Source: Phoronis australis (taxonomy: Eukaryota; Animalia; Phoronida). Taken from it: a stretch of 64,000 nucleotides of DNA. Position numbers and translations under genes: made by a program. Within the stretch, counting starts at the first letter, position 1, and every line of letters begins with the position of its first letter. Of this stretch, positions 25,561 through 38,000 are shown piece by piece. Under the pieces are notes generated by a model. It made no database searches. It saw only the letters and a program-made list of their open reading frames with translations, and was not told the origin of the DNA. The stretch is taken from contig NMRA01000637.1 of assembly GCA_002633005.1 (NCBI GenBank), forward strand, positions 158,667 to 222,666, given 5' to 3'.

Positions 25561-27779
25561 CTACAACACCTCAAAACCTGGCGAACAGTGCCCAAACCCA
25601 CTCACTAACATCACAAACTAGATTTATCTTTTAAAACCCGGCGACGACACCTAAAAGACCAACTAAATCAACACATTTTAGAAATATAGGATATGACTCC
25701 TAAAACTGCTTTATGAGAACTCATAGGACTCCGTTCAGAAACTTTTGAGATCTGATGTTCCGAACTTGACCACAACTGAAGTTTTTCTGGTGTCGTACAT
25801 GGTCTTTAATTTATTAGGTTTTGGTCTCATTACATTTGAACAACTAAATATACTAAATTACAAGAAAAATTTGACAACAATCATTCATAGCTACCACCGC
25901 AAAAACACCCAAAGCATTGATGAAAAAAGAAACCCATTTCGATTCCAAAATTGACGAAACCATAATTATTTTGGTAACGTGTGGCACCAAGAATTCACGC
26001 AACAAAACAGACAAGTGGGAGAACGGTATCGGAAAATTTCCAAGCGCATTTGTAGTCGGTGCTACCTTTTTCCACAAGTTCGACATCTAAATTAAGTGTA
26101 TATTAGTTGTACGATATTTTAGTCAGACAACGGTTTGCTCAGATACAAATTGTGTGGTCTAAGGAACCACAGTTGCCATTTCCATTTTTGTATTAACTAA
26201 CTTTAGTCTAACTTTGCCAGGCTTTGAAGAATTGCCTCTGTAGACCTTTAGCTGCCAGTTTTCTTGTTTATTCCTAATGGGAGAATATAAGCGACAAAAA
26301 ACACTCTTTAGTCCACGAGTGAGTCTATGGGAAACGAATTGTGTGTCCTAAGAACCGCTGTGTGTCAGTGCTCATATAAGCCGACTTTTAAAAAACACTT
26401 TCCGATAATTAATGTCTCGCATTCATGCAAAGGGTATTATACCAGTTATATAACTCTTTGGTGTTTATACATTTTTGGCTTTTAAGTCAACTCAAAAATT
26501 AAAATTCATTTGAATACATTTCTAAGACTGCTATATGTTGCGACAAATAACCCCGAAAACATACCGACCGAAGCTCAGTTAGAACGGTCTGCTATCAAAT
26601 CACCCCCGGCACGGCGCTCTTGTCATTAGCATCAGCCACCACCTCCAACAGCCACTTCCGTTGCAAATCCCGACATGTACTGCATCTAAAGCCACTGTCT
26701 CCACCCGTCACGGCGTGGTTTTGCGCGGTGGAGCTGTTAGGTGTGGTCACACTGTCTGTAGTCAGTAGTGGGTAGTAATACACTTTATTCACGTTACGAC
26801 AAAAATACAATTAATGCAAATTTACGATTATGGAGACTCTGTGAAGGACCCGAAGAGCCCGCTGACCACGGAGCCACCAGAGAAAAAAAATACAATGTTA
26901 CAGATAATCAGAATTGCAATTTTTAGGTGATAATGTAATTTAAAAAGCTAGTATACGTGAAACGAATTCTACGTTTATGTCCTAACCGGTCAATATTGGA
27001 CAACTCAACCGGTTTGGGCACCACAGAATCTGCCGGTTCATATCAAAGACACGGTTAACTGAATCGCCTCACGCTGCTGTTATCGCTCTCTATATATAGA
27101 GACCCGTCATAACACATTGGGTGCAACAACAGTATTTTTGAATTTTCGCTTTGAAAGCTTGTGAATAGCATATTTGAATAGTTCGTGAAAAGCACACTTG
27201 ATTAGGTTTTTGAATTGTGAAAATTGGAAAAGATTTGCTACTTTTACAACCCTAAAACATTTATTTAATATTGCAATATGTTCCTAATTAATTTTGGTGG
27301 ATGTGCAACTGCAGCCCAATTTCGCAGTCGCAGTAAACCCAAAGTGTAGTAACTAGTACTCAGGGGTTGTTTTCGCCCCATAGGGTATTTTTCCATAAGG
27401 AGAAAGCTTACACCAGAGTCCGAAATCATTATACACTAGGCCTACTAAAAAATATTGTATATTTTGTTATGCAACTCAATATTTTTCATGTTTCAAGAAT
27501 AAATCTAAATTTCATCTCAATGTCATGAAAACCAACATTTAGTAGATAGAATGAGATAACAATGCAACTTCTAAGGTGAGATATGAATGGACTACTTTGA
27601 ATTAGGTCAGGTCAAACATTGCCATTTCGCTTGTGTAGATTGCCCGTGTCACCGCAAGCAAACGGCGAAGTGTGAAATGAAAGTGAAAAGAAAATGATCA
27701 ACATTTAATTTTGAACGTGAGAGCTTTTTATTTTAACACAATCAGTACTCGATCGGTCCACCATTGGCTCGTACATGTA

Positions 27780-28330
27780 TGCATGACGCAAATCTACATC
27801 ACAAGATGCTGGGTGACGGTATGAGCGCGAAGAGGTCTTTATATTATCATCCATGTCAGTACACAGAGTGTGGGTAGGTATGGCAACTGGATTAAGAATG
27901 TTGTCGATATAACGTCTGGAAGTTGAACTGCCCTCAATGACCACAAGCCTGGTGTTTGCTCCGTGACTGATGCCAGTCGACACCACGACACTCCCGCCAT
28001 GAAATGAATGCCGTCTGGTGGCGATTTCACGCAAAACTAGCATTTGTTCGCCACGTCTTCACCAGAATTGAACTCAGCCATTGTTCTTGCGTGAACAAAA
28101 ACGAGATTCATCTGCAAACACCACAGAATTCCACTGCTGTCTGGTCCAACTTTGAGGATGAGTGCACCATCTGCGTCGACATCATCGCGGGACATCGATG
28201 GTACATTTCTTGATTTGCGCGCGCAATCTATTGCGTATTGTCTGGCATGAAATTCGCTGTCCTTCATCCACAAGGATCTGTGACTGGGTTTCTTTAACAG
28301 TAAAACCGATATCTCTATAGCCAAGCCGGT
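27780..28330 (-). mobile_element. Tc1/mariner (DD34E-type) transposase pseudogene fragment
   Basis: Frames give VVFADESRF (~28095-28125), 'GGSVVVSTGISHGANTRLVVIEGSSTSRRYIDNILNPVAIP' and MDDN (~27845), typical of the Tc1 catalytic domain. Frameshifted. Confidence 0.85.
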
Positions 28331-29032
28331 TGTCTCTCTTCAAGAAATATGTCTTCTTGAATAGCTAACAGCATACTTATTGTATTTGAAGTTTCCCGAT
28401 TTCAGCTTGACCTAATTAGCACAGCGTGCGCCTTGAAAGAGTTGAGAGGCGCGAGTGCGTCACAATGTTGGGTTCTCAATTAAGGGAAACAGTTCCTGAA
28501 TTAGTGTCTAGTATCATCAATGTATTCATCATACAACACAGATTCTGAAGAGTTCTGACAAATAAAATGTACACAAAAATAAGTAATAGATGAAGGCTAG
28601 TAATTTGTGAGATAACTAAAAAGACATTAATGGTATGTGCACAACAGTTCAAAACTTACAATTCAAAATCACCAGCGGTACCAAGGACGGGACAATGGTG
28701 GCTAAATACAAATGGCAAACGGAAGACGACAAAAACATTCAGCTGAGGACCGCACACCATACCTGTGACAAATGCCTGCGTGTCCAGATAAACGTCCTGG
28801 CCAGAGGCAAATTTAACAGGCAATAATTATGCAATTGGTTAGGAGTATGAAGGTGTGTAGGCGGGTGCGGGAACGTGGAGGAATGAAAGTCATTGCTGGC
28901 GACCGAAACTGGTCGTGTGACCGCTTACTATATAAGGAAATGACGTCCTGACACCCTAAATATAGAAACATTTATGTGTCACGCTTCCGCTGATATTCAA
29001 CTCCTCCTCAGCATCAAATGAGGACAGATCCA

Positions 29033-32000
29033 TCACTCCATCGCAAAACCGTTGACTAATCTCAGAAGCAAGTCGCAGTAGTCCCCGGATGTGTCGGCCT
29101 TAATCCATTTGTCAAGAGACCGGCCATACAGCGAGAGGAACGCCTCCTTTACGTCCACCATATCAATCTGAAATGAACCAAATATTTGTGAAGTTGGAAT
29201 ATGGTTGTTGTAAACACTTGTAAAGCACAGCAATGCTGGTCACGTGAACTGTTCACTGACATGAGGTGGAACCTACGACCTGACTATGCAACCTATAGAG
29301 AGTCTGGGATGCCTCCTCTAGGTGTGGCTATTGATAATCTAATGTCTGGACACGATATTCAAGCACGCAAAAGGTATACCCACTCATCCAAGGCTTTACC
29401 GCAACCAGGTGGCGGTTTGTCGCTTTATCGCATTTACTTGTAATTGAAACTTCATTTGGGCAATCAGCCTCAGGTGAAATTTTGTGTTCAGTGTAAAGAA
29501 TTTTATAATTATTGGCCTCATAATCACCCATTGTAACCTTTTCCGTAACATATGTCAGAGAATCGGGGGAATATGTGCATGATTAAATCAAGATCGCCAA
29601 TCCAATAGTTGAGTGAAACAGATTGATTAAACTTTATGTCATTTCATTTACATGTAATTTGATTTAGTGCAGTGCAGTTTTTTATCTATGTGAACGTGTT
29701 TACTTGAGTGAACTTGTCAAATATCCTAGTGTACAACAAACTTACAAACTATAATGAACACTAACTCAGACTACCGTTTTAACACTAGGAAAATACGATT
29801 CTTAGAAACTATTAATAAACACTTCAATCTAAATCACTCTAAAATATTTTAAAGGAGAATGCCACCCGATTTAATTAGTCTTTTTACCATCTTAATCAGT
29901 CTATATCTACATCGCCTCTTATACGGTCGACCTCACATTGCCGAGAGGTGTCGCGTTAACCTGTGAGGAAGGTGAGAAACGACACAGCGACGTCAGTGGT
30001 TCGTCTGCAGAGCGAATGCCGCTATATTGCGGTGCATCGTTTCCGCTTGTCCGAACTATGAAGATGCGAAGAAAGCGGGTATATCGTTTTTTCGACTTCC
30101 TCGAGAGCCCGAAATGCTCAGGAAGTGGCTCGCAGTAGTGAAGAATGAAAGGTACGCTGTTAATGGCGAGTATGCGGCCGTGAAACATCTCCGTGTCTGT
30201 GGCCGCCATTTCGTCGACAGTGATTTCTCTGACGAATTCCGGCTTACCAAAGAACTATCCATACGTTCCGTTGCCTGTGCATGTTCACGGCGCCTCACTA
30301 TTATTTCTTGATCAGTGTATTCCGGTTCGAACTGACAGCATGTGAAACTTAACGATCCGACCCGCGAAATCTTCGTCGGATGAGCTCTTGACTAAGTCGG
30401 TAAGAATTCGCGCCGGGCGAGTTGCCATGTAGATGTTTATCATTCTGCGTTCTGTTTCAAAATGAATTATCCTCATCCTAAAATGATCTTAACCAATGCT
30501 TATATGAAACTGAAACAAACCCTGTCTCATTAGATACAATTTGTAATGCCTTGGAGTGCTCGTGAGTGCAAATGTTTTAAGAAGCCAACAATGAATAAAC
30601 CACTGTGTTACCGGCTTCTGATGAATGCAACAAAGGAAATTGACCGGCCACCGAGGCCGTGTGAGCGCATGCTAATTCGGAGTTTGCTGACAGAAAGCTG
30701 TTGTGAAACAATTACTCGATTTTATATGCTATGGTCACATGTTAGGGGAATCTTTATTTAGAAATACAAATACATTATTCAAATCATTGTTGCTGTACAA
30801 ACCTTGGCCCTGACGGTCTGTGGAAGGGTAACTCGACTTCGCGGCCCCCGACAAGTAGATTTTTAGTTTCGTGGCTAATTCACATAAACAATTTCGTGCA
30901 CATTATTTTTTGGCTCACTATTATAGTCTTTTCATGACTGGAGGTTTAGTTTCCAACTCAAGCTGGTTCATGTTCGCGCCAGTGCCGGCGGCCGCGACGG
31001 ACGGGTTCCGGGCGAGCCACTGGCCGGGATAACAAGCGTTTTGTGTGTTTAGAACAATCACTAGTATAAACAACAAAGATATAGGTTCTCCTGTCTGTAT
31101 TTCATGGAATTTTGAATTTACATGTATCTCCGAACAGACCCCAAACTCCTGCTCCGGACCTTGGTAAATTGCCGAACTTTGAAGGCTACGGTGTGTCCAG
31201 TAAATTCGTTTTTATAAGGACTCGGTGTATTTTTACGGGTTTTACATCGAAGTTTGATGATTTATTGGTGTTAAACGATGAATTGAAGCGATAAGCTGAC
31301 ACCACTAACCCGTGTTGTGAACTGCTCAGACTGCATGTGAAACCAATTACGTCACTGGATAATTTCAACACCTCCGTCTATCGTCAGATGTCAGGTAACG
31401 CAACCGAACGTGCCGTTATCGAGTAGAACTACTCGATCTAAATTGATACAAAATAGGTTGTTTTTTGGGTGGCATTCTCCTTTAAGGAACGAATGAATAA
31501 CACGTAGTCCTGAAAAGGACTGTTGGGTTGAGTCGAATTATACACAAAATTCACAAAAAATCGCAACGTCTATCAACGTCGAAGGCTGTCTGCCTGATTA
31601 GCCTGCCCGCAATGTAAACAATTCACATGACTGTTTAAACCAGCGCTACCCAGTGTTAGCGAAGCGGGGGTATTACACACAGCGCCACCTGTTTGCGGTA
31701 AAGCCTTGGATGAGTGGGTACCTTTTGCTTCATTGGACGGTGCTAATGATATAAATCCCCTCTTTTAACACAGATCACTAGCTGTTCATCAGTTTGGGAA
31801 GGTTTGTCAGCTAAGGACATGACCAGCACTATCTTAGGGGGCGATATTTGACTGCAAGACAATCTTGAAAGACATTTGCCGCAGCTAAAGCTTACTGAGC
31901 ATGGTGCGTGTATTCTAGTAGCATGACCCGCTTATCAGAAAAACAAAGCTTTTTAAGGGAACACCTGACTGTAGAAAGTAACGGAATAATTCATGGTTCT

Positions 32001-35000
32001 GTTAAGCCATGATATCAGTGTAGCCATGATATCAGTGTAGCCATGATATCAGTGTAGCCATGATATCAGTGTAGCCATGATATCAGTGTAGCCATGATAT
32101 CAGTGTCACCATGCCAATAAACTGCAACGGAAATAATGATATCACTGGTTGTTATTTTCATTTCACTAGTGATGTCATCCATGATGATGTATCCCTCAAG
32201 TTTTGATTAATTCTTAGCATAAAACACACCAAAAACGTTCATAAAATTGGTGGAGTAAGCGAGTCAACAATTTACTTGCTAAAAATCAACTTTAGTGATG
32301 AAAGTCACATTTGCAGGATGAGCATTTGGGTTTTCAATACCAAAAACTTACAAATATGCTATCAGTAGTGCATTTTCGGTAAAAATTACCTAAGGAGAGA
32401 CACCAAGGTGTTTCTGGCTTCAATTACTTTTCATGTCACAAAGTAATTTGGCAATGAAATGAGTTCCTGATTTTGTCAAAAAACAAAACACCAGGCAAGC
32501 AATAACCTGGTTCCCGTGTCTGACTCAAAGTCTTTTTTGACATTTCCCATTCTACTTCCGTGTGAATTCACAATAAGTGTGTTATTATGAACTCAGGTAT
32601 ACATGTAGCCATTGATTTATCGTGGGTGACTAACCACAGTATCAAAACTAATTTCAAGTTCGCCAAACTCGTAATCTCCAGTTTTCACTGGAGTTCCTAG
32701 AACAAGTCTAGGGGTCATCGAGTTCCGAGTAACTCCAGTAAACACTCATAGTAAACACTACAATAAACTCGAGCATTTTCAGAATGAGAGCTCAAAAACG
32801 TTGTAAGTTACATTATTGTAAAAAATCATTTCGTTTTCGTTTTACGCTGGTAAGTCTGGAGTTTTTCATGAAAATCATAGCACCTCAAAAACAAGTGGAA
32901 CTTTTTAAAACAATTTCAAACACCATTTTGGAAAGAAGTGTATAAAGAATGGTATCTGAAAGGTTCATGTGAATAGGAGCACTTCTTGTATTATTATTAT
33001 TATTATTAGGCTGAAATAAACAGTTTAAACAAAAATCCACCAATCTTGAGACGTGATGTTCCCACATTAGAAAAATCTGGACATTTTCTAGGGTTCTATA
33101 TAATCAAGCAAGAACATCAGAGAGGTTGAGGCATTCTACCAATCACATAACTGACCTACCTCACAGTGAATGACAACCAATCTAGTCAAAGAGTCCTCAT
33201 CAGTGCTGACACCTGCCATGGCATCATGGAACTGCTCAGCGTAGAAATTAATCGGATTTTGGGAAAATTTAACTAGAAAATGAAAAACAACATTTTTTTG
33301 TTCACTACAATTGATTCAGAAGCAGTTCCATGCATCTTTACTACAGAAGGGTATCAATACAGTTTCTCTCTTGAAGGAATTTTATCGGTTTTTCTGTGGA
33401 AAAACATTTTTGGGATAATTGTTGGAAGGAATAGACTTCTTGAAGTTATTAGCATGCGGACTTAAAAAGCTAATTGCCAATTTGCAAACATTTTTAAGTC
33501 TGGTCAGCATGCCATCTGTTGACCACATCAACTGACCTACTGATAATAAGATGGCGTGGTGACCAGACATAAAAATATTTGGGATATATTTCCACGCTGC
33601 ATTGAGATTTACATTCTGGTATAAATTGACGATACTTGCTACTAGTTTCTGCCAGACATTTGCTTACGTCTTCAAGGTCCACGAGTTTAGAAGGTATGCT
33701 TAAACCATTTTACCATTCACTGAATGTGATATGGGTGTGTAAGCAGTGAGTTAGGCAAAGAGGGGGGTTCCATGTTTGATTCCATGGTCAGGCTAATCTC
33801 AGAAAATCTCTTTTAGTCTCACATAAACTGTAATGGCCCTTTAAGAGGACTTAATTGTAGATTTACTGCGTGAAAAATACATTTAACTCCATTCATCCAT
33901 TTCCAGTGGTACAGGATTACCAAAATGTAAATCAGTTGGACAGTTGAGTATAGCAAGACACCCTATAGTTAGGTTTATACAACATGTTGTTATGACACAA
34001 GAAAGAGCAAAAGGTATACACAAAGAGACGTGCCGAAATCTATGAAAGACCAAGTAAACGGCACATTGTAACACGTACCCCTCAAACTTTAACATACCTA
34101 TGGACAGGTAAGCCTTCCGCACGTCACCGCTTAATTCACTCTCAATGGTTTCTTCCATGGTTTTTCCCGCTAACTCCTTGTATTTTTCAAACACTGCTTG
34201 CAAATGTTGAAAGCTTCTGGTGGCCAATATTTTATTGAAAGCAGACTCGTCAGTACCCATTTGGCCTTCCCCTGCCTGTAGACAAAGTCAAATGTTAATC
34301 AAAGGAAAGAAACATTCAGTTAAAAGCTGCTATGGGCACATCTTCAGTCAAAACGAAACTTTTGACAGAAAGCAGGTTCATAGTAACTTTAAGATATTTT
34401 GATAAAATCTTTTTTAAAAAGTTCGCATTGAAATGTTTGGGTATAGTGGTCCTACCACCGGCACCTGAACCTGAATTTCGCCAGATGCACTCGCATGTGG
34501 AATACCCATCTAACCAAGGAGAAAGTCTCTAAAACAGCATGCAGATATTAAAGTCAAAGTCGAAAAATGTCACTAGGAGATGCTGCAGCAGTCAGGCCTA
34601 TCCAAAAATCATTCCCAGCCATGCTTTTCTGGCCAGAAAAAAGTTTCATATTGACAGATCGATCTTAAGAACTGTTCGAGAGACAGTCGGATGCAAAAAA
34701 CAAGATTAAATATAAAAATGGCTGCCAGGTGGCATACGATAGGTCAAATCCATTCGGAAATGGGAAAGTGCTACTGCCTCCCTAACAGAGGAAAAGGCAA
34801 AAAATGAAATTGTCACTAAAGGAATAACGGTAGTCAACAGAAATGCCTGAAATTATCCCCATCTGTTGTCACATTCATTGATAGACACTACAAAGGGTTT
34901 TAAGGGAGGTGTCACATTCATCGAACCCATCAGAAAATCAGCGTCAGCCACTGTCTTCTCATCAGAAATGCATTTGCCAATTTTCATAATGATCCTTCGA

Positions 35001-38000
35001 GCAGTTTTGCAGATAGAGAGGGGGTGTCAAAACGTTAAAATGTTGTTTGAATAGCCAACAGGTGGCACAAAATACGTCAAATCTAGGGGGCACTAAAGCA
35101 TTCAGTTTATTTTTCAAAGTTACCCAAAAAAACCATTTTTGGCCTTGGTCGTCCCAGCATGAACACATACAACATACACCAATTTCCATCAACATCCTTA
35201 GGGTGGTTTGGCCAATAGCGCAGAAGTGGATAAGTGGATGCCAAAAAAAAACAACAACTCCATAAAAATGGCCACTACATTGATTCCACTCTAGATGGGA
35301 ATATGTCATATCACCTCTTCTGAATCAGTGAAAACCAATTTTCCAGATTTCATAGAGAACTATTGACAAACAACATGATACAGAGAGAAACGGAAAACAA
35401 TACAATTGATGCTTGGGGCAAAGTGGTATGCAGATCTGTCAGCTTAATGGATAACTATTCACTAAATTTCAATGATCATCTATCAAGTTACTTCAAAGAT
35501 AGAGGCACAAAAAATCACCACCATGAGGCACACTGGTTAAGTTAAATCTATAAGAAAATTTTCTAATGACGTCCCATGTATGGGAGAAATGAGACTGCAA
35601 GATTTCGTGAGCATTTAACAAGGTGTTTTGGAGATACAGCAGCAGCCACTGGTTGGCATGGCAACGCAATGCGCCCATATGTATGTGTATATGAGCACAA
35701 AAATGTTGGCTTACACTCATCAACTCCTGGACATCCTGGCAGACAACATCCATGTCAACATCAGCACTCTCGTCACGGCTCGCCTGTACTTGCGACACAA
35801 AGATACATTTCAAAGGACCGCTACACTCAGACACTATGTCATCCTCAAGTGTAGTGCCAAATTCTGTAAAGTGTAACAATGATGAGATGAATTATTACAA
35901 TAGATTGTAATATTGCATTATACAGTACAGGCACTTTAGATTGTAATATTGCATTATACAGTACAGGCACTTTAGATTGTAATATTGCATTATACAGTAT
36001 AGGCACTTTAGATTGTAATATCGCATTATACAGTACAGGCACTTTAGATTGTAACATTGCATTATACAGTACAGGCACTTTAGATTGTAACATTGCATTA
36101 TGCAGTACAGGCACTTTAGATTGTAACATTGCATTATACAGTACAGGCACTTTAGATTGTAACATTGCATTATGCAGTACAGGCACTTTAGATTGTAACA
36201 TTGCATTATACAGTACAGGCACTTTAGATTGTAATATTGCATTATACAGTACAGGCACTTGATGGGACTGTAGAGAGAGAGAAAGAGAGGAAAATCTCTT
36301 GGCGATTTCTCATTGGACAATCAGTGAAAGACATTGTTGTTTCATGATGTACAGTGACACCTAGCGGGCGTGTGCTCTAAAGGAAGCAAATATGGTGGAC
36401 ACTCCTAAGTCTGATATATGATATTCATATTTTATGTTCCAATTCAGTCAGCTACGACATGAAACACACTTGGTATGATATCAAACTAAGTTTGCACACA
36501 AAACCTGCCCCAAATCACTTGACAACTATCAGAAAAGATGGGTATCCTATAATTTCCAACATGGCCTAACCGGTTAAAAGACCAAACATATCCCGAGTCT
36601 ACTTTCTGCTTGATATTAATATAGAGTACCTATATCAAACTGGCAGTATCGACAATTAGTATCCTATACCAATTTACTAAATCCGGTTACCAATCCCACT
36701 CAATTACCAAAACTGGTGCACCTAAACCTGAAAGTGCTGCACATAACAAAGATTAAGTGCAAGATACCCGCACAAAGACAATGTAAGCATATTCATTAGG
36801 TCACATGATGTGACCAAAAAAATGGCGTCCTCACGGGACAAATTGTTCGCAATGTAAACATACTCAACTCAAGTTGCTATGCAAGTTAGTTTGTGCATCC
36901 TGCAGTCTGGCTCATCATAAAACCATTTAATTTATTTGTTTCACTAGAAGAGGCAAAAATTTTAACCAGACATGTTTTTAAAGAAAAAAGTTTATGACTT
37001 TTTTGAAATAAATTGTTTAATATACCATGGATAATATGGTGCACGTAACATGTTCCTAAAATTATCAGGATCGTGCATCCACTTGTCATAAAGTCTTTGA
37101 CTGTTTGACACTCATCTGTTTACGTTTAAAAGAACGGGCCAATTTGGGGGACTGTTGAAGGGAAGTGTAGATGACATACTATTGCAATCACAGTGCAATG
37201 ATATTGATATTTATAACCCTTACCTTCAAGGTAGGCTGTATTTATTTCTGTTATTTCAGAGTTGGTTGCAGAACACAAAATATCGATCATAGCAGATTCA
37301 TCTGTACCAGCATTCTGCAAAAGAGACCCAGTCTGATATCTAGTACAACACCTTAAACATGGAGTCACAGCCATGATAGCAGGCAGCAGCAGAGTACAGA
37401 AGAACCAGTCTGGTTTTACAGATGACTACCAGAACCTCAAATGTAAATCACTGTGTGAAATTCAACTGGCTATTCCAGACAGGAATCAGACAACTTGACT
37501 TGCAAATCCTCAAATCGGACCAACCTGACCCATGAAAGAGAACAATAGGGGCTCTGATGGTTGTCTTTACTCCAGTATTTGAGTTAAGCTTATCACATGA
37601 CTTGGACATGAAGCACGTGTGGTGGCTTTCCATATAGCATCAACGACCGACTTTGAAATTTTCAAGGTACACCAGACAACTCCATCTATTGGTCATGTAC
37701 TCACAGCCATGGCTTTCCTCAATGTTCTAGCATGGAAGAGTCGAGAAGGACAAAGCCTGTTGATAACCGCCGTCTCAAAACAACCCGACAAATCTGACTT
37801 GAGGTCTTCCAAACAATCCTGAAGAAAGAAAACAAATACCATTTTGAACTACAACATTGTCGGCATCTTGACAAAAACACATACAATGCCAACAATAAAC
37901 TTCTCTATATCCGAAATATAATTTTGGGAGGCAGAAGTTCAGTTGTTTGTATTAGATAGGGACATTCCTCTCATAGTGGACAGGTGTGATCACATTTGTG

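Larger units (their letters stand above)
29367..31728. mobile_element. Non-autonomous TIR element in annexin intron 8, hosting the Kolobok-like insertion
   Basis: ~45-bp inverted repeat: gcaaaaggtatacccactcatccaaggctttaccgcaaccaggtggcg (29367-29414) vs cgccacctgtttgcggtaaagccttggatgagtgggtaccttttgc (31683-31728). Exact termini and TSD unclear. Confidence 0.7.

Noticed and set aside
35845-36320. Cys-rich repetitive ORFs (KCLYCIMQ.. / KVPVLYNAILQS..)
   Set aside because: Translation by-products of a 36-bp intronic minisatellite.
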